Part shown: positions 39,424 through 53,195 of the stretch, piece after piece
Position numbering within the stretch: the stretch's first letter is position 1
Layout of the letters: every line of letters begins with the position of its first letter
Assembly (NCBI GenBank): GCA_051362555.1
Contig: CM120648.1
Location: 16,550,587-16,614,586 of the forward strand
Length of the DNA stretch: 64,000 bases
Source: Lingula anatina
Taxonomy: Eukaryota; Animalia; Brachiopoda
Reading direction: 5' to 3'
Made by a program: the position numbers and the translations under genes
The notes under the pieces: model-generated
What the model saw: the letters and a program-made list of their open reading frames with translations, nothing else
The model's database searches: none
What the model was told of the DNA's origin: nothing

Positions 39424-39734
39424 GGGAGCATTCACATCGACAAGAGCCGAGGTCTTGTAAGGCTGCGACCTAAATATGGCAGACATACATGAAAGGAAGA
39501 TCGCTTAATCCATTAACGGTCCCCCTCCTCTTTCACACCTCCCCACGCGTCGTCCCTGCGGGGGCACACTAATTAAATCTCGGCTCAATTCAATCGGTCG
39601 AGGGACGGCTTGGGGAGCCGTGTGAGAAGCGGAGCGACTATTACAGGATTGAGCGGTTTCCCTTTCATGTTGGTCCCGCCATATTTAGGTTGCGGCCTTA
39701 TTAGATCTCGGCTCTTCTCGATGTGAATGCTCCC
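39424..39734. mobile_element. MITE, fold-back family A (copy 2)
   Basis: TIR GGGAGCATTCACATCGA / TCGATGTGAATGCTCCC with ATT on both flanks (3-bp TSD); internal homology to 1246-1558. Confidence 0.8.
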
Positions 39735-40411
39735 ATTGTCTTCATTCGAACCTGGCTTCGCTTGCTTCACATGCTTCAGGGTAGACGAGTTTGTGAAAGA
39801 AACTCTTTCCTCATTCATTTTGAAGATGTGATCATCATCATTCACCTGTATAGGATGGCCTAGTGGTTAGAATGACTATCCAGTAACCCGTTTTGGAGTT
39901 TTGGAAGACCCCCCCCCCCTTTAAACCTTACCCTACGTACATGTAGCAAATGGTATGATGAATACGTATGCCATTGGCAATTCTGTGTAAATACCGCCCC
40001 CCCCCCCCTTGGGTTTTCGCACTTCCAAACACGGTCACTTCATAACAAACAAAACAAGCCAGAATCCCAACACCCTACAAACCGCAGGAATTTGTTTTCT
40101 GTATTCTGTGGTGGATTTACCTCGCTTGGCTGGCTGAAAGGAACCTTGTACTCCCCCCTCCCTCCCCTTTGCAAAAATCTGGATCTTTCAATGACTGTAT
40201 TAAGTAAGATAAAACAAATCATTGCATTTGTGCTCATTTATTTTCCATAAAATCAGTTGTTTGTTATAAACATTTCAAGTTGTGCGGTCAACAATCAAAT
40301 TTCAAAAAAGTCAGCACCAGATAGACCCGTTCAAGTAATTCTTTGGTAGCATGAATGGAAAGGTATTCCACGGTCTGCTTACTTTGAATCAAACAAATTG
40401 CAACACCGAGT

Positions 40412-41107
40412 TCATGTATTTGCCAGGATATGGGCGTATTTCATCATGTCGGCCAATATGGCCTTATTCGGGAAAGGCTCGGGCGGTGACGTCACGGCGT
40501 GCGTCACTCCTTCCCGCCACACCGCAACAGGCTGGAGAAGCTTTTCCACCTTACGGACCTCCCCAATGGTGTCCTCTAACTCTAAATCAACCTTTTTCTC
40601 CTGGAGGACGGTGATGTCTGCACAGGATCCAACGGAAAGAGAGCCGATCTGGTCACTGGCACCAACGGCTGCAGCAGGGGTTGCCGTCACGGCTTTGACC
40701 ACTTCAAATATCGGCATCCCGATGTGGTGGAACTTGCTCATTACAGTAGGCAGGTCGTACGCGGGCCCCATGATGTTCCCAGAATGCAAATCGGTACTGA
40801 TCACATCCGGCCAAAAGTTTTGCTCAGCGCAACTTTCAGCGACCCACCACGCAAATGACCCCTGTCCGTGACCTACGTCAAAAATGACACCCCTTTTCTT
40901 GGCCAGCCACACCCCAGGGTCGATTTTCTTCGTAGCTTGGTCAACAATTGAGCTTGAAAAGCCGTGGAAAGAGTGCGTATAGATGTCACCCTTTTTCAGA
41001 CTTCCTGGACAAGAAAGTTCTTTGGCATCTAGAATGGAAATTTAGTTCTATTCACATGATGGTGTAAATTGTTAAAAAACAACAACTTCTTAAGCAGGAT
41101 TTGCATT

Positions 41108-41160
<53 letters not shown>

Positions 41161-41993
41161 AAAGTTCACAGAATTTTGCTTAAACGGGAGGGTGGGGGGG
41201 GGGGGTGCGATAGGATTTAAAAGCCGGTTAGCTGCGCCCCTCTCCTTCCCACATTGCACCATAACTGTTATTCGCAGCTCGTTCTAAGAACTATGAATAA
41301 TTATATAATTCACTGTCACACACATACCCTCCGAGTGCAGTGGTACGGTAGATATGGTGTGGTGGGTCATCAGCGGTAGTCCTGTCTTCTCTGATACCTC
41401 CAAAGCTCTTCTGGAGTGTAAACAAAAATATGAACATGGAACTGATAAATAATTAATACAATGAATAACTGAATGCGTTTTTTTTCCTGCAAGAGTTCAT
41501 AAAAATAATACAAAACTCTTCTGTAATGTAATGTAAAATAAAAAATAAAAATAAGATAAAAATAAAATTCAAAATAAAAAACGAATATAAATATGAATAC
41601 TGTCAACAAGTATGCAACTGTAGCTTCTGTTTTGCGTAATTTTCTACATAAGCTCACCGACAAACAGTCCAAGTAAACATATATAATTTTCATTTTAATA
41701 TTTTGGGCAGCGTGAGCCATATATTTCACCCCACCTGTACGCTTCGTGCTCATTTCTGCCCTGGTCCGCCACATTGGCAGTCAGCCTAATCTTTATCCCC
41801 ACAATCAGGTCTCTGTTTTGTTCCACGGTGTCTAGACATCCCTGGACGTCCAGGTGTTGAATGGCGTCACACTCGCCTCCAGTACCTGGAATACAAGGAA
41901 TGTGTTTGGTGAGATTGACAACAGATTCCTTCAAATTACTTCAATTGTGTTTGTTGAGACTGTCACAATCACGGAATACGAGCTGAAGTGAGT

Positions 41994-42051
<58 letters not shown>

Positions 42052-43021
42052 ACATGGACGGGAGGAAGGGAGGATCTACTTTTTCCTGCAGCACAGCCAA
42101 ATGCAGCCAGACCATGGGCACTTATATGAAGAAAGGCTAGGACTCTCGTCTTGGACTTCTCTGCTATATACTTCCTCAACCCGGGAAATGTTCCACATCC
42201 TTAGTTGAAAAAAGAGAAACGGAAGAGCTATATAGACCACATATCCTTAGTAAGAAAACATCAAGCTGAAATTACATATAAATCAAATTAAAGAGCATGT
42301 CATTGTTTTTCATATCACGTGAGGATTTGAAATTTTACTTCCTACACATATGCCAATGCAGTAATTATAATATTGAATTTAATTTACTTGACCTTACTAT
42401 ACAGTTTTGTAAAAGACCTGACTAAATGACACAATTTAGAATATCTTTAATTTGAAATTTTATTAAGGAGGAAATTAAATAAAAATCAACGAATACTTTT
42501 AATGAAATTGTTTATTTAGCAGCACTTTAATAAAAATCAAGGAATGACTGCGATCACTGATGACTACAACTAAAGAAATTATTTCACAAGTCTCTCTATT
42601 CAGCTGACAATTAAGTGTTAATCAACGGATATTATATTTAAATTATCTCATAAGTCCTGTAATTTATTCAATAGACAATTACGTAATAATCAACGAAAAT
42701 TAACATTCTCCCAGAGACTTTACGTTAACTTCTACCCGCGCTTCCTGCGTCCACGACTGTAGTGACCCCCCTGGCGAGACAGGAGGTGTCAGGATTCACT
42801 CCAAGAGGGGTGGAGTATTCATAAACATGCACGTGCAAATCAATTAGGCCAGGAGTCACGAGAAGACCGGAGGCGTCATACTCCGAGGTTGTAGGTTTCA
42901 CCTGAAGATTGGCCCCAACTGCAGCTATTTTCCCGTCTTTAACAGCGACGTCTAAAATGTCATCGATGTTATTTGCGGGGTCTATAACCCTCCCGCCTCG
43001 AATGATCAAATCCACCTCCAT
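40412..43021 (-). CDS. Metal-dependent amidohydrolase, Atu3266/EF_0837 deacetylase (dihydroorotase-like) family, ~418 aa
   Basis: Exons 43021-42736, 42199-42080 (weak donor GTAGAT), 41885-41735, 41410-41328, 41028-40412. Motifs GGRVIDP, PGLIDLHVH, GVTTVVDAGSAG, VGIKIRL, PLMTHH, GDIYTHSFHG, FDVGHGQGSF, ISTDLH, VTATPA, GSLSVGSCADIT. Confidence 0.88.
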
Positions 43022-43281
43022 TAAATTACGTGCAATCGTCTTGTTAATTAATATGTATCCTATTGCGTAAAACTATATTATATTACGCCCCTTGTCTCTG
43101 CACTCAAAAAGTAGGTCAGGCACCTGTATGCGTGGTGACCTTTTAAATTGGTTCATATTGCGCAGGTGACGTCATCAAATAGCTCAAGCGAAAGTAGGCC
43201 ATCGTAACAGCCGAGAGATTTTAACGCAAGAAAAATGACTTGAAAAGTCACTGATATGTGGATTTTAAGCGATCCACCAAC
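43022..43281. promoter_or_regulatory. Putative bidirectional promoter between the amidohydrolase gene and spen
   Basis: Divergent ATGs only 260 bp apart; contains a palindromic CRE site TGACGTCA at ~43167. Confidence 0.55.
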
Positions 43282-45536
43282 ATGGTGCGAGAGACAAGAT
43301 ACCTCTGGATTGGAAATTTACCAGAGAAAGCAAGCGAGGAGCGTATAACTGAACATTTTAAACGGTAGGTTTTTGGAGCATTACGAAATGTGCACAGGCT
43401 CACTTCGTGCAAACGTACGGCGGCCATTATTAGCCAAACAAGAAGCGGAGCGGGTCTTATTTGACCCTCGTGGATTATTACACGATCCCAGGTTCTTTAA
43501 CGATCAGAAACGGAGTAGTTTTACCCACTGAGATCTATCTAACGCCCGGTGGAAATCTACACACATATTTAAAGGTGTATACATTCCCATGGATGTATTA
43601 ATTTTAGTAACGCGGTTTGAGAGAGCAACATGAGATTGATTTTTTCATTCTCGCTCTCCGTATAGCTTTTCGTCCAGCCAGGACCGCCAGCAGATGCTTG
43701 AAAACGATCGCTGATGTATGAATTCAGCGGCATTGATCTGCCATCAGTTATGCATTTTGGATGAGTAATTATATGTTTGAATAGGCGTTTGCGAACGACG
43801 TTTTATATGAGCTCGTTTTAAACCTTGCGGATGACGGGGAAATCGGACGGTTTTCCCTCCCATTTTGAACAACACTGAAACTTCATACAACATGAATATT
43901 CTTCGACGGTTTTTGTCTCTGTATACGGATTGAATTGTCCCATATGTTTGATGTAGCTACTTCCTAGTTAACTTAAGTTAATGACGCACTAAGGCCATAT
44001 AACAAAATAATTAAATGCAAAATTAATCGATTTTAAACAGACTTGACGTATGAAGGGGGTGGGAGCGTTGATGGACATTATGCAAAAGATAAGGTTTAGA
44101 ATATGTTTTAATTTAAACAAGTCCAAAGGGGATGTGTCTTTGGAGTTATCAGCTATAAAATGCAAATGTGATCAGATTTATCCAAGTCATTACGGTGAGG
44201 GGAGTGATTAATTTGAATTTGAGAATGAGTCTGTGTCTAAGATATAAAAAGGAGACTATGAAGTAAGGTTGGCATAGCCATTACATGGCTGACACATAAA
44301 TTCACCTGTAGAAAACCCATGGCTCTTTACTCTAACTCCTGCACAATCCTTGACACCAAACTTTTTGGCAAGGAACCCAAAACCAAAGTTTATTAAATGT
44401 CAGGCTGCAAAAATCTTCCGCAGGTGTAACAACATGTCTGAAATGTTTCAGCTGCTCAGTTATTCTCAGTTATAACATGAGAAACTTCGGGTCAAAAGTG
44501 TCGAGAAATTGAACACGGAAACAAGACTTGGCTTTAAATTTTTGGTAATAACAAACTGTAACATATGGGATGTTATTGTATGTATGCTAACCATTTATCT
44601 GGCTTTCCTGGCACCATATACTCAAATCAGAATGAAAGTCAACTGTTTATAACAATGGTAATATATACCACTATACTTGGAATTCTAAAAGTTCAATTTA
44701 TGTCAGAGGCATGTCTCACTGCAGAGGAATTTGATCACAATATTCTATATTCCAAGGTTTTAATGTTTAAAAACATTTCAGGTTGAATACCAGCATCATA
44801 TTAATTCTTAATGCCAACTTAACATTGCTCTGCAAGTTAAATCATTTAAAAGATGTTTGGAGGAAACGAATGCTCCTGATTGCCTCATAAAGAACTAGTC
44901 AAATAGAAACAGAACAAATCTTTTGACTAGTTGGCCTCCAAAACCAGCATAAAGTCACTAGATCCTTATACGGGTCTTTGACTAGATCTGCAGTCTGTCA
45001 CTAATCGGTCCTCCTGCCATGTTAAAAGTTTTAAATTCTGTGTTCTAAATATATCCACAGTTTATGAGGTAGCATTTGTAAGCCAAAACTGTAAACAAAG
45101 CAGGAATACAATCATTTTAATCGTCTGTCCAAGCGAGGGGGAATTCAATGTGTTTGCCAAATATGGCAGGAGAACTCGTTTCTTTGTGCCCAGAATGTAC
45201 TGCACCTTTGCTTTGTGTTCATGTCTTGACCTCAGGCAGACTAGCTCATAATTATCCACAGTACCGGGCACTCATGCTCATATTAAATGTAACTTAAAGC
45301 AGTATGCTTAAAGGGATTTTTTGTAGGATTTTTCAAACACAAATCACATTTTTGTTCGTTAAACAAAGTGAAACTTTTGATACTATTATCATATTTAATA
45401 TCTGAATTTAGATTTATTAGCTTGATTTTGATACTCTGAGGCCTTAGCTTTTGGTGGCTGCTAATTTTCTGAACTAATCTTATTTTTCACTTATTGTTTC
45501 AGTTTACAACAGAAATCCTGTTAAACTGGAAATGTG

Positions 45537-45581
<45 letters not shown>

Positions 45582-48482
45582 TGGAGAAATGATATGTCTG
45601 TTGTGGAGAAGGCAATATTATCCTATTGGTCATCCATGGCCAGGGCATTCATATTGAGCAATGAAAACTGGTTATATAGTAAGTGGTTAACTTCAGGGGT
45701 CATTTATAAAGGTGATGAAAGGGTTGTGTCACTGGTGCTGGGTAATGGTTTCAGTAGCCCGCTGTGTGTGTCTGATATTGGAGTGAAAAGGTGACATGAT
45801 GGTCGTGGAAATAGAGAGATTACACTTTACAGGCACTGTGAATTGTTAGGGTTCTGTGTTGGTTTGGTCATTTCATGTAAGATTTTGATGTGGTTTTACC
45901 AAACATTGGAAAATGTAAAATATGTTCCTTTTATTGTAACACACACAGAGAAAGAGAGATGGCATAATCAAATTTTTTATGTTGGACATTTGATAAAAGA
46001 ATTGAAATTACTCCCATTTGCAACCTCTTTTCCTCTCACCTCTTTCAAAAAAGAACATGTGAAAAATGAAGTTAAAGAAACAATTTTAAAAGCCATTTGA
46101 GGAATAACAAAAGCTATAAACATACTTCCTGGCAGGACCTGGCTTGAGGGAGAGTTATTATTTCAACCACAAGTTGGTTCTTTGTCCCTCTAGATGCTAG
46201 CAGATCAGCCCTTTCAGGTGTGCTGTGACTGCCACCATCACTGGAGCAGTAGTGGTATTGTGTATGGCTATTTGAACAGGGCCATATTTATACAAGTCCC
46301 AAGACTTTGTTCAGATGGAAGTGTACGGGAACGGTTTAACAACCAGTAGTTTGATTTCACTGTGCTGTTTTTAAAAAGAGGTCCCTCGCTGGAACTTGGA
46401 AGGGATGGAAAGAATTTGGGATGAAGATTTTGTGTCCATATTTTTAAGTTGATGATGCATCTGACAGAGGTTAAAAACTGGTTAAGACATGGTCTCCATA
46501 TGTCCTTCTAAACAAAAATAAATAAATAAAAAAAAGAGAGAGAGAGAGAAAGAAAGACCATACAGGGGACAGTGACATATTTAGCCATGTTCTGTTGGTG
46601 ACCTTTTAGAATATCACTTGTGTCAGTTGAATGTTGATTGTCATTTTATTTAAATGTCACAAAGCACACAGCTGCTGCTTTGAACTTCACCAGAACATCC
46701 TGCACTCAAGATCTGAGAGTCACTTTGAATTCAAACATGACATTAGTAATTTACATTCAAAAGAAGTGATGGTGATTGATGGAAATGCTAATTACATTAG
46801 AAAATCACCATGATAATTGGATACTAGTATTTTGCTATTTGAGTGACTCCAGATTGGTGAAAAGAGTGAAAAGCTATTTTGTCAATGGCAAGATCTATAG
46901 AAAACATACATGCTTTGATTTAAGTCTACACTCTAGTATAATTCTTTAGCAGTGGATATCTTGAAATCCATAAATTTTTGTTTCATGACGGAAAGGTTTT
47001 AAATCTATGTCTGCAAAAATGTAACCAAAAAAGATAATATTGGCCTGTCATTGCTTGTTTTGAAAGAGAAAGAGGAAAAAGAAAAAGGAAATTAATAATA
47101 TAACTCTATCTTTTTCTGTCTGAGGTTGGTTTTGATTGCTAAAAGTAGGATAACGGATGCTGATTTATTCTCTATTTTTATTATTTCCACATTGTGTAAA
47201 CCACAGCTTTGACTGAAGGAAGTCGTCCACAATATATAAAACCTGGCCAGCTATCCATAGATCAGAAAGAGATAAACGGGGAAACCGCAAACTCCAGGAC
47301 CTATCCTTTAGTTTGCTCTTAGCATACATATTAACATAATCATATATAGAACACGTGAATCAGTGAACCAGACATACAGCTTTAATGTGTAGTGCAGAGT
47401 TATTGTATAAAAGATGGGGTAGCAGTAACACTCATCATTTTAGTCGAATGCTAAAACAGACATAATTCGGTTGAACCAAAAAGGGTTAATTTGACTTGTT
47501 TTAGTCAAATTTAAACCATTTGGAGAAAAAATTGATAAAGGACTCCTGGGGTAGTTATTTGGCTAATGAAAAAAAAAAAAGCGAAGCTACCTTCAAAAAT
47601 AACAGATTATTTTGGCACTGCTGCCTTTAACATTGACTGCAATTATTGACGAGATGTATAAATAATTTATATTTGTCATTGCCAAGTTTGGCTTATAGAG
47701 GTAGTTACAAATTGGTTCTGAAGGAATGAATAGGGTTGTATACTGGCAGGTGAAGATGTGTGCCAGATGAAACCAGCTCCAGAGTAGAAACGTATACAAA
47801 TGCTGACTCTGCACTGCATCTCTTGTATAAACTGTTGACAGACTTCACCTAGAACCTGCAAAGATGTTGAAAGGACTGAATTGAAATTAAGTAAATGTTG
47901 TTTGGTAAACAAGTCTGCTGAAAAAGAAAAAAAAGAAGGAAAAAAGAACCTATTCCCCTATTTATGGTTTATGAGAACTTCAGGAGTGTCCAAAAACCCA
48001 ACCATGTCAATTTAAGATTCTAAAATACCAACAGGGGCTCATGATAAACAGACTGTGAAAAATCCCCAAATGGGCCCGTGTTGTTTGCCATTTGGGTCAG
48101 TGTAGGCTGAATAACGATGAGTCATCCCCTTCTGATATGCCACTTAGCTCACCCAGATAATAACATTGATAGCGCCACATGAAACTTGGCTCTCTGCCAG
48201 CAGATTTTGCTGCACTAGATATTTTGCGGCTGCAGTGCTGCATTCGTGCCCTCGCATGATAAATGTCAGCAATGAAGGTTAAAACGGCCACGTGTATTTG
48301 GCTGATCTGGGGATCCCGGTTGCATGTGAACTGTTGCCAAGGCCTGAAGTTAATATGTTGGAATGGATGAAAATGAAAAACATGGCTTTCCTTTTATAGA
48401 TTTTGTGGAGTTTATATCCAATTTTGTGTTTTTGATTAGATAATGAAAGAAATGAAAGATCTTTGAGTAATTTGGATATTGT

Positions 48483-48517
<35 letters not shown>

Positions 48518-51500
48518 GTTAGTAAATGATAGTGTATGTGTGGAGAGAGAGATATGCAGACACACACACATACATAGGAGAGAGCATACACAGAGAGAGA
48601 GAGGGAGAGGGAAAGAGAGAGAGAGAGAAGGAACGAGGGAGAGGAGGTGTGCCAATAAGGACACTGTACATGGCACCAAGTGGCAAATTCCTATCTCCTG
48701 ATCTGAGACAAGGCTACCATTGAATTAATTATTCATTATCTCCAGCTATGTCTGTAAATCATCCACTTTTGCTATGATGAAGTTAGTGATAAGAATAGCA
48801 CTTTAGGGAGAGAGGGAGAGAGGGGGGTTGACTGAACTATGATGGTTATAGTGTAAAGCTGCCTTTATATGCCAGGAGATAAACGGGGGGGGGGGGGGGG
48901 GGGGGGAAGGGGTGGGAGAGGGGGGATTTAGTGGTGGGATGCAGGGGTGGTCTTCCCTGGAGAGGGGAGAGGAATAGCACTGATTTCATTTTAAGACTTA
49001 GAACCTGGGCTGACATTACCAGAGTATTCCATCAGCGTTGCTATATTTCGACATCTCTAGGGAGGCCCTGTGTGATAAACACATCCATCTTCTTCTGACA
49101 TATTTATACACTTAATGCACCTACGGGCACTTTGCCAGAGAGTTTTCTCTGTCAGGAACCAAGCATCGGTTTCAACCGGTAGCCGTTATGAATGCATATC
49201 AGGAGAGTGCGTTTTCATCAATAAAAATTGCTTTTTGCGAGTAGTCTACTGCAGATTTTGTCTGGTCTGGTGTGCCTGATGTCTGATGTTGAATAGAAAG
49301 AAAAAAATCTTAGCTTTCAGATTTTCAGAATTTGAAGCTAGAAGTCCCATCATGTAAAATTTTTCACAATTGCTTAAATGTGTCTTGAGGTCAAAATGAT
49401 CGCATTAACTGGGCTCTGTATCTGTGCCTACAGACGTAATGGCTTGCTTATAAAGCAAATCCTTTCATAACTTCACTGCTGGCGTCTTCCTGGTCCGATT
49501 TGCTTTTCCTGCACTATTGATCTGGCTTTGCTGGTAATACGTGTGCTCATTATCGATTTGGTTTTGCCGGTAATATGTGTGCTTATTATCGATCTGGGTT
49601 TACCAGTAATATGCAAGCGTGGGTTTCCTGTATGCAGTGGTTGAATTACAGTTATTGATCTGATGCGGAAACCAAAATGTCAGACGGTGCTTGGAAATGT
49701 GTGCTGCACTTGTGAATTACTGAGATGAAATTTCAGCTTTAAGAAAACCTGGTTGTCTAATGAGTGAAGTTGAAACAGCAACAAAAACAACAACAACTAT
49801 AATAGTATTAATAAATACAACCGTTTTCCCGTTGATTTACTGTCATAGTCAGAAAAGAGGTGTTTTTTAGTTGCAGAGATTTGTATCTTTTCTTAGTTAC
49901 AGTTTAAGAATGCTCTGCATGACTATTCAATGAAAAAATAATAACCTACTTTAAATAAGGGTTATATTGGCAATGTTGTCACATTCCTCAGATCTTGTGG
50001 GGCAGTTGTCTGCATTCATATAAAAAACCTCATACATTCAAATAATCTTGGCTTTAGTTTGGATCACATTGAATAATTTATCAAAACTTCTCAGTGAAAG
50101 AAAAATCGTTTTTATTCCGAGGACAATTAATTTCCATTGAAAATAAGGCCAGTAAATGCCATTTCAAGAAATGTACCTGGCTCATAAGCCAGAGTAATAG
50201 ACAGACTGACGTCATTCTGGTTTTATCTCCTTTGTGGCAGAGTGTGTCTTAGAAAGTTCACAAGCCATTGATTGCTGAAACATTCTGAGTGGGCAGAGGA
50301 GCACTTAGACTAGGTAGAACTTCGACGTTCTTTACATCATCGGAGAGATTTGTTCTGTTTGTGCTGTCCACTGAGATTTGAATTCTTAATTTTCTTTTTA
50401 GTGTACTCAGTGGGAAGTCCTCCATGCCAGTGACAGAGTTCAGTTCATCACATACGCACAAACCACTATTCAGAGAATGCATTTCATATAATGCTGGCTA
50501 ATGAATATTAATGAGACGAATACATAAAATAAAATAAATAAATTGAAGTCAGCCCAATACTTGCCACTTTTCCTAAAACCAATGCTATGACTGAAATATT
50601 TTGGTCATTTTTCTCTGCCAGATGAATACAATATATTTATTTGATGTTGGACCGGAGTTGGTCCTGAAATCAGCCAGTGTGAACACGGCCGGGGATAAAA
50701 ATTATTGATCCCTTATGCCGGTAATGATTGCCAAGGTTATTAAGAGTGGAAATTAATGCCCAAGTTTGCATCTAGGTTTACAATGGAAAGAGGTTACGAG
50801 AACTTTAAATTTTGCCCACAGAAACTGAAAACACTACAGTGATCGGAAATGTTTTGATAGATGCCGGAGTTCTTGCGGTAGAAATTCAAAGAAAGATCTC
50901 AATGAATGGTTTTGTGTATATTTTGCATGTTAAATAACCTGAATTTGAGGAAAAAATATAGGAGGTAATTAAAAAAAAAAAAAAAAGCAAATTAACTTTG
51001 TATATATTGCCCTTTGCCAATCATTTGGCCACATAACATGAAACAGTTCATATAGCAGAGCAATTGAATATTATCTTTGTTCAACGTATACATTATTTAA
51101 CATGAGGGTTCACTAGTAGTTGTTGCTCAAGGGGGAAAAAGATACTGGTAGTAAGAGAAAATATTCACCTTGAAGTCTGATTCTCAAAAAATGAAAACTA
51201 AATAAATGAAAATAAAAGTAGATAAAAATTTTGATTGGGAAAAGGAAAGTGTTATTGTGTGGTTATATATTTCTTGCTATTTCAGATAAAAGTTTAAGGT
51301 CAAGCTTTCAGACTTTTTGTTGTGCCAGTGCCACCAGGTGTGAAGTGAAGATAATGATTTAAGAGGCGTCGTCATTCTTCCTTAATGACTACAGCCTTTG
51401 TGCATACGTAGTGTTCTGGCACTTTAACAAGCAAGGACTGATATTCAAATGTACAGATATTATCATTTATTGAAATAAAGAATGGTCTGTCAGAGTCAGT

Positions 51501-53195
51501 GATCAGATCTTGGACCTCCTTAATGCTGACATGATTGCTCTCTGGTGATATGAGTTTACCATGGAGTAGAGAGATGTGAGGATTTACCTTGAATTTGTCA
51601 TAACTCCAGAGAGACAACATGACATCTGGTTCAGCAGTGTGGCATGCTTTTTGCATGATTGAAAAAAAAAATTCCCCAGAAAGTACGAGGTTGACTGCTG
51701 TCCCAAGACAGTTAGGACACTACAGAGAGAAATAGTTAGGTTTTTAAAAGAGATATCTTTACATACACCCAGTTAAAATGTTAAATTACAAGTCAGTGTA
51801 TGCCATGAGGATTATTTTTCGAATTTATAAGTTAGATTATCAAGAGAAAAGCAGCTTTGGTACACTTTGGGGTTGTCAGTAAAATGAAATTTGTATAAAC
51901 TCTGCCTTTACACTTGCACTTCCATTGCATTTTGGAGTTATCATTTAGGCACAAGCCAAGAAATTTAACAAGTCATTCTTCATATATACACAGAACACTT
52001 GAGTGAATTTCCTTTTTATTCTGTATTGGGTGGTATTCTCCATTCTCCAAACCTACATTAAGACAGGAAAAGGGAACAAAGAACATGTGGCCCATTGGAT
52101 ATTGCAAGTCAAAATCCATAGTTGTTACAAAAGCAACACAAAAGGGTAGATTTTTCCACCCGCTTCGGGTCATATTCCTTTCACAATCAGATGAAAAACA
52201 AGCTGAGAAAACATTCACAGCCGTTTGATATGCTCATTGCACTGAGCGACTTCTAAAATGTATGCTTCGTCGCTCCATTGAATATTAGGGCCCTGCGTCC
52301 CTTTCCTTAATTATTGTCCAACAAAGACAAATTACTTGCGGCATGGCAGAAATCTGATCCCAATCTAATGCAAAATTCCACCTCCTTTCAGCATCAGTGA
52401 AATTTTCACATATGTTGCATGGCAGTAGCAATAGTGTAGCATTTTATTCCCTTGCTAAGCCATCTGATGTTAAACTTCTAAGTCTTGAAGTAAAGAAATA
52501 TATATGTAAAGATGGGGTCAACTTTCAAACTCACCCTTGCTTTATACATTTTCAAAGAAAGGATTCTTTTATATTTTGTCAGTTTTTCATGAATTGGAAT
52601 AATAAAGATTGCTTATTTCTGTGATGTTGATTCTTTTCTTCTTGGAGCTATCCATGCTGCATCTCTGTGCTTTTGCATCTCTCTGTGCTTTTACAAGGTG
52701 CTAAGTTCCAATGCACTGAAATTAAGAACTGATCAAGTGAAGACTTGAATAATTAAAACTTGGTCCTGTGATATCTGAATAAAACTGACTTGTGTCATTT
52801 TGTCTTTAATGACGACATTTTTAACTTATTCAAATTGTTTACCTTTCTAGGTATGGGAAGATACAGAGTGTTAAACTTCATCCCAAAAAGGAAGGAGACA
52901 GCGATTTATCAGCAACTGTTGCTTTTATGGACATAAGGTCGGCTTCCAAAGCCCACAATTCAAAAAATGAACTAGATGATAAAACTTTGTGCACAAACTT
53001 TGCAGAGCCCACTGCTTCGGGCAGCATTGTCACCCGTACATGTGAGGTAACATCGCAGCTGCAACGAGAGGCCCCTGCAGCTTCATCAGCACCTGCAGCG
53101 CGCAGTGCAACTACGACAAATACTGCGGCCCCAGAAAGGGGTCGGTTTGAGCCCGCTCACGCTGGCCGCGGCACTCCAACTGCCAAAAGAGACGG
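43282..53195 (+). CDS. spen: Split ends / SPEN (Msx2-interacting protein) - first two coding exons (RRM1); gene continues beyond the window
   Basis: Exon 1 43282-43364 MVRETRYLWIGNLPEKASEERITEHFKR and exon 2 52851-53195 YGKIQSVKLHPKK...ATVAFMDIRSASKAHNSKNELDDKTLCTNFAEP match the diagnostic SPEN N-terminus (MVRETRHLWVGNLP...); phase-consistent GT-AG junctions. Confidence 0.9.

Noticed and set aside
43365-52850. Possible conserved non-coding elements in spen intron 1 (e.g. ~48100-48350, ~52200-52400)
   Set aside because: Complex-looking sequence, but cannot be supported without cross-species alignment
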